A stretch of 64,000 nucleotides of DNA, from NCBI GenBank assembly GCA_964016885.1, contig OZ024756.1, forward strand, positions 1,302,001-1,366,000. The letters run 5' to 3'. The position numbers and the translations under genes are program-made. The notes under the pieces were generated by a model that was not told where the DNA came from, did no database searches, and was given only the letters and a program-made list of their open reading frames with translations. Shown here piece by piece: positions 42,868 to 55,877 of this stretch; position 1 is the first letter of the stretch; each line of letters begins with the position of its first letter. Source of the DNA: Eledone cirrhosa (Eukaryota).

Positions 42868-44553
42868 GCAAAGAACGGGAAAAAAACGAATAATACGTCA
42901 TTAATAGGAGCGGTGAAAAACAATTACGCGCAAAGACAGAACCACGTTTATGGTATAAAAGAGGTCGTATACTAATGTTCTTTTAGGTGGTGCATAGAGA
43001 CGTTCTCTGGCAATGAACGCAAAAAACGAAGATAATAAGTCATATGTGGAGCGTGGAGAACAATAGCACGCAAAGATAAAACCACGTAAATGGTATAGCA
43101 GAAGTCGTAGACTAAAATTCTAACTAGGAGACCAAATGAATCTCCGCTACAGAGTTAAGAACAAAGTAAGTAAATACAATACAGAAGTAATAGAAACAAA
43201 TAAATACATACACGCAAACAGATACGTACATACACAAGCATACGCAAAACCTTACCATAGGTATACAAAACCACGCACATATAAATATGTGTGTGTGTGC
43301 TTGTGTACAAATAAGTAAGTAATTATATAAACGTATATAAGTAAATAAATACGTATATAACAAGCGCACACACATACCTACAAATAAATACACGAATGTT
43401 CAGAGACGTAAGTCAACCAAAACAAGAAGTACACATATACACACACCCACCATACGTACGAACCTGCTTACTCACGCAGACGCAAAACTCCCGTATACAC
43501 ATAGCCAAACTCTAAATTCCAGAATATGTAAAAATTATACGCCATAACAGTCAAATATACGTACGAGAAGGTATACATACCTTCACAAAACATACGGGTA
43601 ATATATACTTACCTATGCAAATAAGTAAAGGAATAAACAAAACATATACTTAGTTCCCACATCAAGACGTAAAATATGCACGTATAGATCGTACTATCCG
43701 TTAGGGTATAACGTGGGGCTGTAATACAGGAAAGTTTTGTGCAATTTATGTTTACAAGCCGAAATTGCCTCAGATTTTTTGTTTAAGATGTGGTCTGTGG
43801 CGTAGAGTATTTCCAGGGCCTCAGCGGCGCAGAGGTCACATGGTCTTTTATTTCCGTTATACGATCTAGCCCTAGCTAGGATCTCCCAGTGTAACTTATA
43901 TTGGGTGTGGTTGTCTTTTAGACTCCAGATATAAGCTGAAAGTGACGTCATATTCCTTCTTAGAGGGTAACGAAAAGAATGGGTATGCATGTAAAGACGC
44001 TGCTTGAAACTATTGGCGGTTAACCCTATGTAGGCCCTACGCGACGTGGGTGTTACAACCTTACATTTGTAGACAATGTTACTAGAGAGGCATTGCGTGC
44101 TATTGTTCTCCCCGCTCCACATATGACTTATTATCTTCGTTTTTTCGTTCTTTGCCAGAGAACGTCTCTATGAACCACCTAAGAGAAAATTAGTCTACGA
44201 CCTCTTTTATACCATAAACGTGGTTCTGTCTTTGCGCGTAATTGTTTTTCACCGCTCCTATTAATGACGTATTATTCATTTTTTCCCGTTCTTTGCCAGC
44301 GAACGTTTCCACGAACCAAAGTATTGTCTTCCTGTCTTCCTCCGGTTGCAACGTTTTTTGAAATATCCAGTTCTGCGTTTACAGATTGACTTTGTTAGTT
44401 TCAGAAGATCCCGTTAAGGATGAAAGCAGCGATTCTTTGCTTAAACTTTAATCTGTTATTTTAATAAATATTTGCTCTACGGTTCTTATATATTTGATAT
44501 ATATTTTCCTTATCGAGCCCTCTTTGGATTTTAGTCTTCAATTTTATTATTAT

Positions 44554-44555
<2 letters not shown>
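42868..44555 (-). mobile_element. Second, shorter copy of the Penelope-like element at 1-2215, with an inverted 3'-terminal segment (about 44095-44555)
   Basis: 42870-44095 closely matches about 90-1310 (GIY-YIG ORF 43694-44122). 44095-44382 is the reverse complement of 1-290, and the segment ends in (TA)n. Confidence 0.9.
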
Positions 44556-44632
<77 letters not shown>

Positions 44633-44679
44633 TATCAAGTAAGTATGTTTTGAAACAGTGAGCAGGTTTGAAATTAGAA

Positions 44680-44987
44680 AATAGAATAGCTTTCACCGTA
44701 TCTTTGACTAAAGCAATTTTAGCCTGATGGAAAAAGATGGGTATTGACGTACATGGGATTCGAACACACATCTTTGGTTATCGCGACCACTGTGCTACCA
44801 TTACACCAACACATCATGGGTGATGTGTTGGTGTAATGGTAGCACAGTGGTCGCGATAACCAAAGATGTGGATTCGACTCCCATGTACGTCAATACCCAT
44901 CTTTTTCCATTTATCTGAAGGTTCTAAACTCTAAACCCCATTATCAGGGTAAAATTCCTTTAGTCAAAAATACGGTCAAAGCTATTC

Positions 44988-44992
<5 letters not shown>
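44680..44992. repeat. Palindromic pair of tRNA-like sequences (44746-44816 on -, 44822-44892 on +) in a (TA)n-flanked element
   Basis: A-box TGGTGTAATGG, B-box-like TTCGACTCC, cloverleaf-like stems, downstream TTTTT; anticodon loop is non-canonical. Confidence 0.75.
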
Positions 44993-45018
<26 letters not shown>

Positions 45019-45132
45019 CATAGAATATTCGAAAATATTCTGTATGTTTATAATAAACATTTTGAAGACCTAATCGCTATAGAATAGAATACGTCACGTA
45101 TTACAATTAGATTCTCGACAAAAGCAAGGGAA

Positions 45133-45175
45133 GTAATCTACGCGTTTCATTCTTATTAGAAATCTTCAGGACTAC
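45133..45175 (-). ncRNA. Minimal type I hammerhead (inverted unit)
   Basis: Reverse complement of the 45305 motif. Confidence 0.85.
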
Positions 45176-45304
45176 ATATCCAGTGCTTTTATCGAGAATG
45201 ACACAGCTAGAGACTTATAGAATACTTAGCTGTGTACAGGAACTGGTTTGAAAGAGCGGTTGCCGGTCCGGCAGAAATTAGAAATTGGAATAAATGCTCT
45301 GAAT

Positions 45305-45347
45305 GTAGTCCTGAAGATTTCTAATAAGAATGAAACGCGTAGATTAC
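45305..45347 (+). ncRNA. Minimal type I hammerhead; identical copies at 45615, 45925 and 46235
   Basis: GTAGTC-CTGAAGA-tTTCTaataAGAAt-GAAA-CGCG-TA-GATTAC. Confidence 0.87.
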
Positions 45348-46434
45348 TTCCCTTGCTTTTGTCGAGAATCTAATTGTAATACGTGACGTATTCTATTCTA
45401 TAGCGATTAGGTCTTCAAAATGTTTATTATAAACATACAGAATATTTTCGAATATTCTATGTCTATATTCACATATATATCGCTATTTCAGAGCATTTAT
45501 TCCAATTTCTAATTTCTGCCGGACCGGCAACCGCTCTTTCAAACCAGTTCCTGTACACAGCTAAGTATTCTATAAGTCTCTAGCTGTGTCATTCTCGATA
45601 AAAGCACTGGATATGTAGTCCTGAAGATTTCTAATAAGAATGAAACGCGTAGATTACTTCCCTTGCTTTTGTCGAGAATCTAATTGTAATACGTGACGTA
45701 TTCTATTCTATAGCGATTAGGTCTTCAAAATGTTTATTATAAACATACAGAATATTTTCGAATATTCTATGTCTATATTCACATATATATCGCTATTTCA
45801 GAGCATTTATTCCAATTTCTAATTTCTGCCGGACCGGCAACCGCTCTTTCAAACCAGTTCCTGTACACAGCTAAGTATTCTATAAGTCTCTAGCTGTGTC
45901 ATTCTCGATAAAAGCACTGGATATGTAGTCCTGAAGATTTCTAATAAGAATGAAACGCGTAGATTACTTCCCTTGCTTTTGTCGAGAATCTAATTGTAAT
46001 ACGTGACGTATTCTATTCTATAGCGATTAGGTCTTCAAAATGTTTATTATAAACATACAGAATATTTTCGAATATTCTATGTCTATATTCACATATATAT
46101 CGCTATTTCAGAGCATTTATTCCAATTTCTAATTTCTGCCGGACCGGCAACCGCTCTTTCAAACCAGTTCCTGTACACAGCTAAGTATTCTATAAGTCTC
46201 TAGCTGTGTCATTCTCGATAAAAGCACTGGATATGTAGTCCTGAAGATTTCTAATAAGAATGAAACGCGTAGATTACTTCCCTTGCTATTGTCGAGAATC
46301 TAATTGTAATACGTGACGTATTCTATTCTATAGCGATTAGGTCTTCAAAATGTTTATTATAAACATACAGAATATTTTCGAATATTCTGTGTCTATATTC
46401 ACATATATATCGCTATTTCAGAGCATTTATTCCA

Positions 46435-46490
<56 letters not shown>

Positions 46491-46528
46491 ATATTAATAA
46501 ATGGAAACTATATTTATAAAACCATAAT

Positions 46529-46594
46529 TATTTTATTATATATATTTCAAGGGCAACCAAGGCAAATTATGGTACGCGCTCATCAGATAAAATA
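46529..46594 (-). ncRNA. Type I hammerhead (family of the 34364 motif)
   Basis: TATTTTAT-CTGATGA-imperfect stem II-GAAA-TATATA-TA-ATAAAATA; flanks are homologous to 34330-34470. Confidence 0.72.
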
Positions 46595-46699
46595 CAGATT
46601 TGTTTTATAAATAAATATTGACATACCCGGAAAAAATACAATCTTAACGGTTGAAGTTCCCCGGATAGTGGAGATAATATCTTATTGAGGGTGATACAA

Positions 46700-48505
46700 T
46701 CTCCCTCTCAATATTTTTTCTCGTTGAAATCAATGGCCATATCGTCCGTCTCAAGACTCCTTTGGAAATGATCCAAAATACGGTAAATTGAACTGTGACT
46801 ACCGTGTTATTGGATTAAAAAGTAAACAAATTGAAAGAGCTACAGAAGCTGAAATTGGAGTCAGTCTGGACCAAAAAGATTTATATTGAAAGAGGCAGAG
46901 GTTTCGGCCCGGTAGATGTGAAAGTTAAGACCGAAGAAGAGGCAAAATCTCATTCCCTCAAGCCCCTACAAAATGAGGAAATTCTGCTAATCCCATTCTA
47001 CTGTGGAATGAGATTGGTAAGAATCAAATTAAACAATATTACACCGGAACTAGATATTTCTTGGCTATTAGCTGCCTTGATGTTTACCAAAGAAGCAAGG
47101 ACAATTGGTCGGGGATGGCATTGGAAGTTTTACTGCAAACCACACAAAAAAGTATAGAAGCCATCCCGGAACAACTTACACCTTTTGTGCGGTATAGTAT
47201 TACCCATAAAAGTTGAAAGGGCGAAAAGCTAGATGTCATATCTGCCTCTCCACAAAACACCTGAGAACACTCTGTCCTTCTCAAAAAACAAACATAAAGA
47301 AACCTCCGCTCCTACCAACACCAAAAAACCACAACAAGAACTACTACTAGAAGACAAACATCTATTAAAACAACACCAACACCAGTGGCAGCAATGTTGC
47401 TCCAGATGCATGTTGTGCCAGCTCGTATCCTTAACGGAGCTACAGTCCTGGATCAAGCGGAGACCGAGGGAGACGCTTGGAAAATGGAATGTCTCCAGGC
47501 GCTTACAGCCCTTCAACAATCGGGAAATATGTTCGGTTGAAACACCACCTTAACATTCTATAGAGAGTTAGTGGCAGATAAAAGCGAAGACGTTCTTAGG
47601 GAAATTCTAGACATTGACGAAAATCAACTAGTTACTCTTTTCGGAAGGATTTTCAGGCCGGGGCCCATGAATAATTTCCAGAAATCCCTGGTATGGCAGT
47701 GCTACCGAGGAGCTTTGCCAGTTCGAGATAAACTCCACAGAGATGGAAGTGCCGTCAGCCGGGCATGTCCGAGATGCGCGCAGCACAACGAAACCGTCCT
47801 TCACGCAATCGTCGATTGTCCGAGTATTACTGACTTGTGGGTTCATGTCGAACACCTGCTGTCGCGTGTAGGACAAATTCGATTATTAACCGAGTCCATT
47901 GTGAAGATTGTCCCGCCGCCTTCTTTTGGCCAAGAAGGGCAGACCGTTTTTATATGTCATGTCGCCGTGGCGAAAGAGGATGTAAGGTGGACACGCTTGA
48001 AACGTTTGAAGATGAGCACTTTCCTCTTTGTAGATACCCTGATTAACTTCTTCAGATTCCATTCGAGGAGGAAAATCAGGGTAGAGAGAGAAGTGCTGCC
48101 TTCAAAGTAATTTGTTAAAAGGTGGGTGAGAGAAGCAAGCATGGCCTGAGTAAATGGGCCCACTCTGAGTGTGAACCTGTAGATTGGAGGAGTACAGCTG
48201 GGACAGAGCACTTACCCTAAAGATCAGAGCATCCGTTGTTTTATGGGGTTTTTTGCACAACTGACCCTCAAACATCTCCTTATTGAGTAACCTTCTTTGT
48301 TTTAATTTTATTATCATCTTTTTTAACATTGTTAAAATTTGGTTACACGCAAAACCCACACACCAACATACACACACACACACACACACTCACACACACA
48401 CACACACACACACCAACACACACAATCTCTCTCTGTCTGTATGTTTTCGTCCTGTACTGTCATAATGTTTTTCTTGATGTGGACCCTTTGTGGTTAATAA
48501 AGAAA
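46700..48505 (+). mobile_element. Degenerate, internally deleted L1/Tx1-like element
   Basis: zf-RVT-like LVWQCYRGALPVRDKL...CPRC...ETVLHAIVDCP in ORF 47571-48110; AATAAA followed by a (TTA)n tail. Confidence 0.7.
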
Positions 48506-48531
48506 TTATTATTATTATTATTATTATTATT

Positions 48532-48716
48532 AAGGGCGGTGAATTGATAGAGGGTCAGACATGCTTTACAGCGTAGTTACGTCCCTTTACGATCTGAGTT
48601 CAAATCCCGCCGAGGTTAACTTTGCCTTTCATCCTTACGGGGTCGATAAAATAAAGTACCAGTAATGTACTGGGTAATTGCTTGCCTTGTGCCAAAAGTA
48701 GAAGCAGTTATTATTA
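48532..48716 (+). mobile_element. Meta-like SINE in (TTA)n
   Basis: Same B-box and core as the 8364 copy. Confidence 0.85.
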
Positions 48717-48721
48717 TTGTT

Positions 48722-48880
48722 ATTCTTTGAGTCTCAGTCATTGATGTTATTTAACTGGAAAGTTTGTTGAAATTAATATCAAGCCGCTACCTGCAGCCTC
48801 AGATATTCAGGACGTATCGGAGGGTTCTTGCTGTTCCCAGCAAGCATGCCCTTTGAAGTGTTCCAAAAAGCGGGGCTGGA
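48722..48880 (-). mobile_element. Severely 5'-truncated second R4/Dong-family element
   Basis: Translates as GTLQRACLLGTARTLRYVLNI*, paralleling IQKIVLMGTAHILRKILSI of the large copy; flanked by (TAA)n. Confidence 0.65.
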
Positions 48881-48912
48881 CTAATTATTATTATTATTAT
48901 TATTATTATTAT

Positions 48913-51900
48913 AGTTGCATTTATCTTGCTTTATGTTCATACGAGTTATCACCAAGTCACAACCAGTGACCTCAAGAGACAACAAGGTCCGCCATGTTCA
49001 AGAAATACACATGCATCTTTAGGTGTTTAGACTTGTGATGTACTTATATTGACAGAATCTTCCTTAGTATATGGGCAGTTCCCATTAGTACTATCTTTTG
49101 TATTTCTCCTATACGCGGGTTTCCTGGGATTTGCGATATGTAATCATTGGACCCCTTAGGTATCATTCCTAGAGCGCCTACAACCACTGGTATTGTTTTA
49201 GTTCTCAATTTCCACATTTTTCCAATTTCTATCTCCAGGTCCTTATACTTGCTCAATTTTACAAATGTTTTTATAGATACATTCTTGTCTAGTGGAACGG
49301 GCATATCAATTAGCAGGCATACCCTCTTTTTAAAGTCCTTCAGTATTATATCAGGTCTATTTGCATTTATTTTTCGGTCTGTTTGGATGCTAAAGTTCCA
49401 CAAGATTGAGATGTGATCTTTTTCAAGTATGGGAGGTGGTTGATGCTCCCACCAATTCTTTTGATGGGGCAGGTCAAAATGCTTACACATTATCCACTGT
49501 ATGTATTGTGCAGCTCTGTCATGCCTGTTTAGGTATTCGGTTGGAGCTATAGGACTGCACATTGAAATTATATGATCAATGGTCTCTGGTTGATTTTTTA
49601 CATACACGGCATAATGGGTTGCATCCAGTTTTTATTATGTTGGCTTGGTAATTTTTTGTTGGCAGACACTGATATTGTTCTGATATAATCAGTCCTTCAG
49701 TCTCCGATTTCAGTCCAGAGGATGCCAACCACTGATGGGTTAAAGTTTTGTCAACATCAGGATTGTTAGCTCGCTCTGGGTATTTTCAATACAGAGGCTT
49801 TTCTTGTCATTTCTTAGCCAGTTTCTGTAGCAGTTCTTTCTTTGCAGTTACTTTTACCCGCTTTGCTTTTTCTGTGTTTTCCATTTCAGCAGTAAATGGG
49901 ACTTCTGAAATTTGTAGTCCATTACTGTATCTTTGTGCATCTTTTGTAATGGAGTATGATCTTTTGATGCTTTCGTGTTTCAAAACGAGTTTGATCATCC
50001 AATCATGTGATTCCCTTAGATATGTAGATAATCCAATTGTTGCAGTTTTCAACGCAATATCTAACTGGATTATCCCACGTCCTCCTTCTTTCCTAGGGAG
50101 ATATATTCTATCTGTATCTACCTTAGGGTGATGCATTCTGTGCATGGTAAAGAATTTTATAATTTTTGTATCGAGCCTGTGTATCTCTGTGCTTGACCAG
50201 TTGATGACATTGTAACTGTAGGTTACTACTGGTATGGCAAGCGTGTTTATGGCATCGATCCTATTCTTTGCATTCAATTCCATTCTTAAGATTGCTCTTA
50301 CTCTGTGGTAAAATTCCTTCCTTATCCATTCCCTCATTGTCGAGTGCTTGATTCCGTTTCCTTCACAAACACCTAGATATTTGTAAGTTTCCTCTTGATC
50401 AAGTTCTCTTATCACATTCCCCCGATCAAGATTAATGTCTGAACTTTTCAGCAGCTTTCCTCTGGTGAACGTTGCTTTGGCGCATTTATCTAGTCCAAAC
50501 TCCATTTTAATGTCATCACTGAACTGCTCCACAGTGGATAATAGCCCTTGCAATTGATCATCATTTTTTGCAAATAGTTTCAGGTCATCCATGTAGAACA
50601 AGTGATTAATGGTTTTGTCATAGAGTTTATATCCATGTTTTGTTTCATTGAGCATTTTACTTAATGGTATAAGTGCGATGCAGAATAAAAGCGGTGATAA
50701 AAAGTCACCCTGAAAAATTCCACAATTAATATTAACTTCTCCAGCTTCCAGTGATTCTTTTTCACTATTCAAAAGGAGTGTCGTTTTCCATGTCTTCATA
50801 CTGAATGACAAGAACCTCCTGTCAACGGGAGATATTTTGAAAATCTCTAAACATTTTTCAATCCAACTGTGTGGCAAAATATCGAATGCTTTTTTATAAT
50901 CTATCCAAGCAATTGATAGATTTTTGTGTCTATTATGACAATCTTCCAGTATCATTTTGTTAACCAAAAACTGATCCTTACAGCCATATGAGCCTCGTTT
51001 ACACCCTTTCTGCTCTAGGTCATTTGTTATCAGGTGGTCATATGTATATTCAGTTAGGACTGATGTTAACATTTTATACATTGTGGTCAAGCAAGTTATC
51101 GGTCTGTAATTTTTGGGATTGTTTGTCTCATCATTCTTCGGAAGCAGGAATGTAATGCCGTTAACTAGCCATGATGGTATCTTTTCTGGCTCCTTAACTA
51201 TTTCATTGTAAAGTTGGGCTAACAGCTCATGAGACTCTGTGAAGGCATTTATCCAAAAATTTGGTATTTTGTCTTTTCCTGGGGATTTCCATTTGCTGGT
51301 TTTTCTAAGAGCCAATCGCAACTGTTCAACTGTTATATTTTCCCATATTTGTTCCTCAAGGGGAGCTGTATCTTTCATTTGTCTGTCTATCCATGGGGCA
51401 TGTATATTATAAACTTTTTCTTCGGCCCATATCTTTTCCCAGAATTCTTGCACTTCCTCCTTGGGTGGTATTGATTTAGCAGTTATTGTTGACATGCCAA
51501 ATTTTCTGTAGAAGTTTCTTTGGTTGTTTTTGAACATATTATTGTCCTTATAGAATCTAGATCGTTTTTCAAAGCGCCTTATACGAACAGCTTTGGCCGA
51601 CACTTTTTGCTTGATTATTTCTATCAGCATGTCTATGTCACTTGCTGATTTTATACTGTATTTTCTTTTCAATTTTCTAGATTTAGTTTGTTTAACATGT
51701 TCACCAACTTTGTAGTTTGTTAAAATGTCTATGAGAAGGAGAAGGTTTATTTGGAGATTAATGTTCTCTTGCCAAGTAGATGTCTTGTAGGAATTCTTTT
51801 GTTTTTTCATCTTCACTCCACATAAGTGAGTGGTGACTTTAGCCGATGCATAATAGAGATGATTTAAATCAGTAATGTTTAGTTTGTTTGTGATGATAAT

Positions 51901-52838
51901 GTTTTTGAGAATTATGTTAGTCTTGTGTATGATCTTTTGGTTCTGTTTGGAGTTCTGGATCTTAGGGAGGGTGTCTCGTTCCCCCATGTCAGATTCTTTC
52001 ATTTTCATCCATTCGATCATAATTTCATTCTTCAAGTTGGCAAGTTCATTCTCATTCATTTCTTTATCATTTACGATCTCATTGTTTTCATTTTGAGTTT
52101 CATCTTGAGCATGCACTCCCTCCACTTTTTCGATCCTTTCTTTAATTTGTTCTGTTGTCAGTGATTCCGCCCCAACCCTGGGATTCGAAGTGTTACAATT
52201 TACCTCGTTTTCACTGACACATGTTTCATTTTCCCTTCACTGACTTTGTGCTAATAGCTTGATCTGATCAATTTCTATATCAGTTAGTAACTTTTTTTTA
52301 ACAATAATTCTTCGTATATTGGCTAGTTTGTTACTGTCAATATAGCCTCTGTTTTCAGGATGTTTCTTTTTCCAGTTGATATATGTCTGTTCTGTATTCG
52401 ATCTATTTGATGGGTAGTACATGGCAGTGTAGAAAGCCTCAAGGACTTCTTTATTGTCTTCCCTTGACCATTTTTCTCTCTTTTTCTTTGGATTCCTTGG
52501 TGGTGAGCATGGTTGGCCAACAGTAGGAGTATTCCGGTTATGGGAGGTTTCCAGCTCCGAAGTGATGGGAAGATTTGAACCATTAGCTGATTTTTCGACC
52601 CCAGTCTGGTTCCTCTCTGAGGGACGCGGCCCTTTTTTACCCGGGTGACGGCCGATCCGGTATGAGATTTTATCATTAGACATTTACTTTATTTCGTCGC
52701 GTTTTATCCTTATCCGCCAAGGGGTAATCATTTCGTGTTACCACTTCTAGAACGAGTGTCAACCAAGACTAGAGGGGTCGTTCTCCCCTAGAGACATGGC
52801 TATTCCCCGCCGGCCGCCATCCCGGTATTTCTTGGTCA
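48913..52838 (-). mobile_element. Near-full-length R4/Dong-clade non-LTR retrotransposon (RT + RLE), disrupted
   Basis: N-terminal KWSREDNKEVLEAFY; RT motifs WIDYKKAFD, GIFQGDFLSPLLF, HLFYMDDLKL; CCHC/RLE ETIDHII..C, RHD, NRPDII, KLSKYKDL. (TAA)n on both sides. Confidence 0.92.
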
Positions 52839-52851
52839 TAATTATTATTAC

Positions 52852-52906
<55 letters not shown>

Positions 52907-53440
52907 TTCTTCTTCTTCTTCTTCTTCTTCTTCTTCTTCTTCTTCTTCTTCTTCTTCTTCTTCTTCTTTCTTCTTCTTCTTCTTCTTCTTCTTCTTCTTC
53001 TTCTTCTTCTTCTTCTTCTTCCCAGCAGCTTCTAATGTCTGAAGATAAAAGACAATAGTTACCATTGTTTAGAGTTAGACAGAAGGCAGAAGAAATCTAT
53101 GTCTATTAATACAAGTACTGCAGTGTTAGGTGGTTTTATCGGCCGTTCGGCAGAGGGCCTCACACTAGCTGACACCTACAGGCTTTATACTATATATACT
53201 ATAGAGTTTATACTAGCACTTTAGATGTGATGAAACCAACATCTGATTGCTTCTGTGCGTGGAGGATATATTTTTATCTGTATTATGTCTGTGTATGGGG
53301 AGATTAATGGAAATATAATAACAAAACCACTCAGACACACACACAAAGACATACACACACACAAACACACAGGCATACACACACAGACAGACACACGCAG
53401 ACACAGACAGACACAGACACATGTATATATATATATATAA

Positions 53441-53526
<86 letters not shown>

Positions 53527-54009
53527 ATATATATATATGTTACGCACTTAACAAACATACTGACTTACATATCAATATATATCCGTATTTATACGGATAT
53601 ACAAGTATTTATATTTATGTAGTCGCGTATGAGTACATAATTTATCTCATATATATATACACAAATACTTACATATATACATACGTACATACATACAAAC
53701 GTACACACATACATACAAATATACATACATACAGAGACACATACATACATGCATACATACATGATGGCTGCAAACTCTGCTAAAAGTATTGCAATCATAC
53801 AGAGACACATACATACATACATATATATATATTTATACATACATACATATATACAGAGACACATACATACATATATACATACATATATACATACATATAT
53901 ACATACATAGATACATACATACAGAGACACATACATATATACATAATATATACATACATACAGTGACACATGCATACATACACATATACATACATACATA
54001 TAAACATGG

Positions 54010-54612
54010 TGGCTGCCAACTCGTTTTCGAGTACGGCCACTACTTTATATCCATGTAGGAGAACCCCTAGCGATGCGCTGAACGAGTGTGACTTTTTAGT
54101 CCAGCCAGCGACTTGAAAACTCTGGTACAAACACTACACTTGTGACAATTATTGACACATAGTGCTGGGCCCATGGTACCATGTGACGACAAGTGCAGAG
54201 AGATCTCCAGATATAAAGCAATGCCTGTGCCGTGAAGCTTTTATAGTGAGCAAAGGCACTGCACAAAGCCAGTCCCACTCTCTTAACCAAGATGATATTT
54301 ACCAAAAAGAAGAACAAGTTAACATCATTGGATACCATCAGAGTTGCAGGTGTTATATCAGAGTTTTCCTTCTCCTAGAATTCTGCCTTGACAAAGGCTA
54401 CTGGGTCATCTCTCCCGGTGATTTTGGATGGCCATTGACTCTTAAGAGGTCCTTTGCCCTTTGACATGTTTTGTTTTTAGTCCTGCAGGATGTCCAAAGT
54501 CACCCTCCTCACCAAGAAACCTTGGTGGGGTTGCCAGTTTAGTCGCCAACGACCCGACCATGAGACAGGTTGTACTGGGATACATGTTACCAGTTGCACC
54601 AACTGGTGACCT
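54010..54612 (-). mobile_element. Decayed LINE 5' fragment (RTE-like UTR and start of APE domain)
   Basis: GC-richer island between microsatellites; weak APE-like translation (ALCSAFAHYK...). Confidence 0.35.
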
Positions 54613-54716
54613 GACATACACATATATATACATACACACATACATACATACATACATACAGTGACACATGCATACATACACATATACATACACACATTTA
54701 TACATACATACATATA

Positions 54717-54750
<34 letters not shown>

Positions 54751-54765
54751 CATACAAACATACAC

Positions 54766-54798
<33 letters not shown>

Positions 54799-55814
54799 CA
54801 AACATACATACATACAAACATACAAACATACATACACACATGCAAGCGTATATACAGACATACATACATACAAATCCAGACATGCACTCACATACAGATA
54901 TATGTACATATGTGTACATATATCTACGTGTGCATATGTACATATATGTGTGTATGTGCATGTGTGAGTATGTGCATGTGTGTATATGTTCATGTGTGTG
55001 TGTATGTGCATGTGTGTATGTGCATGTGTGTGTATGTACATATATGTCTGTATGTGCATGTGTGTATGTGCATGTGTGTGTATGTGCGTGTGTGTGTGTG
55101 CATGTGTGTGTATGTACATGTATGTATATGTACATGTATGTGTATGTACATCTATGTGTGTATGTGCATGTGTGTGTATGTGTGCGTTTTTGTACATGTG
55201 TGTATATGTACATGTGTGTATATGTTCATGTGTGTGTGTATGTGCATGTGTGTATATGTACATGTATGTATATGTACATGTATGTGTATGTACTTATATG
55301 TGTGCATGTGCATGTGTGTATCTGTAAATATATGTGTATGTACATATATGTGTGCATGTGCATGTGTCTATGTGCATGTGTGTATGTGCACGTGTGTATA
55401 TGTACACGTGTGTATATGTACACTGCAATAAACCTTAACACAAACACACCTCACACTAAAGCGATGATATATAACAATTGACTATATAAACTAGAACGTA
55501 TAAAAGACTAATATACATTTTGTTTGTTTATTTCACTATAGTTATATGTTTAGATGAGACGCCGTGGCTAAATAGATAAAGCTCTCTAATCTCTAGATAT
55601 ACACAGAAGCTAGTGTAGTTATTTAGTACATATGTACCAGAGACAGCACGACATTATGTCTTCTTAACACCACTGTCAGTTTACATACAAGATGTCTTAC
55701 TGCGTTCTATTGAAAGTTGAAGACGTGTCGTTTATACACGGCTCCACCATGAGATGTTAAATGATTAAGATTTACTACCTTAACCATTTAACATCTCAGG
55801 GTATGTCATGTATT

Positions 55815-55877
55815 ATTATATTTTGTCTGATGAGGACGTACTGTTTTACATCCGAAATATGTTTAATAAAATGTAAT
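55815..55877 (+). ncRNA. Type I hammerhead (family of the 34364 motif)
   Basis: ATTATATTTTGT-CTGATGA-GGACGTA-ctgttt-TACATCC-GAAA-TATGTT-TA-ATAAAATGTAAT. Confidence 0.75.

Larger units (their letters stand above)
45018..46438. mobile_element. 310-bp HHR tandem array (about 3.7 units) preceded by an inverted permuted unit, in (TA)n
   Basis: CTGAAGA at 45311, 45621, 45931 and 46241; 45018-45303 is inverted; units are almost identical. Confidence 0.93.

Noticed and set aside
44822-44892. Functional tRNA gene
   Set aside because: Lacks U33, has many G-U pairs and mismatches, and sits in a palindromic repeat; treated as tRNA-derived.
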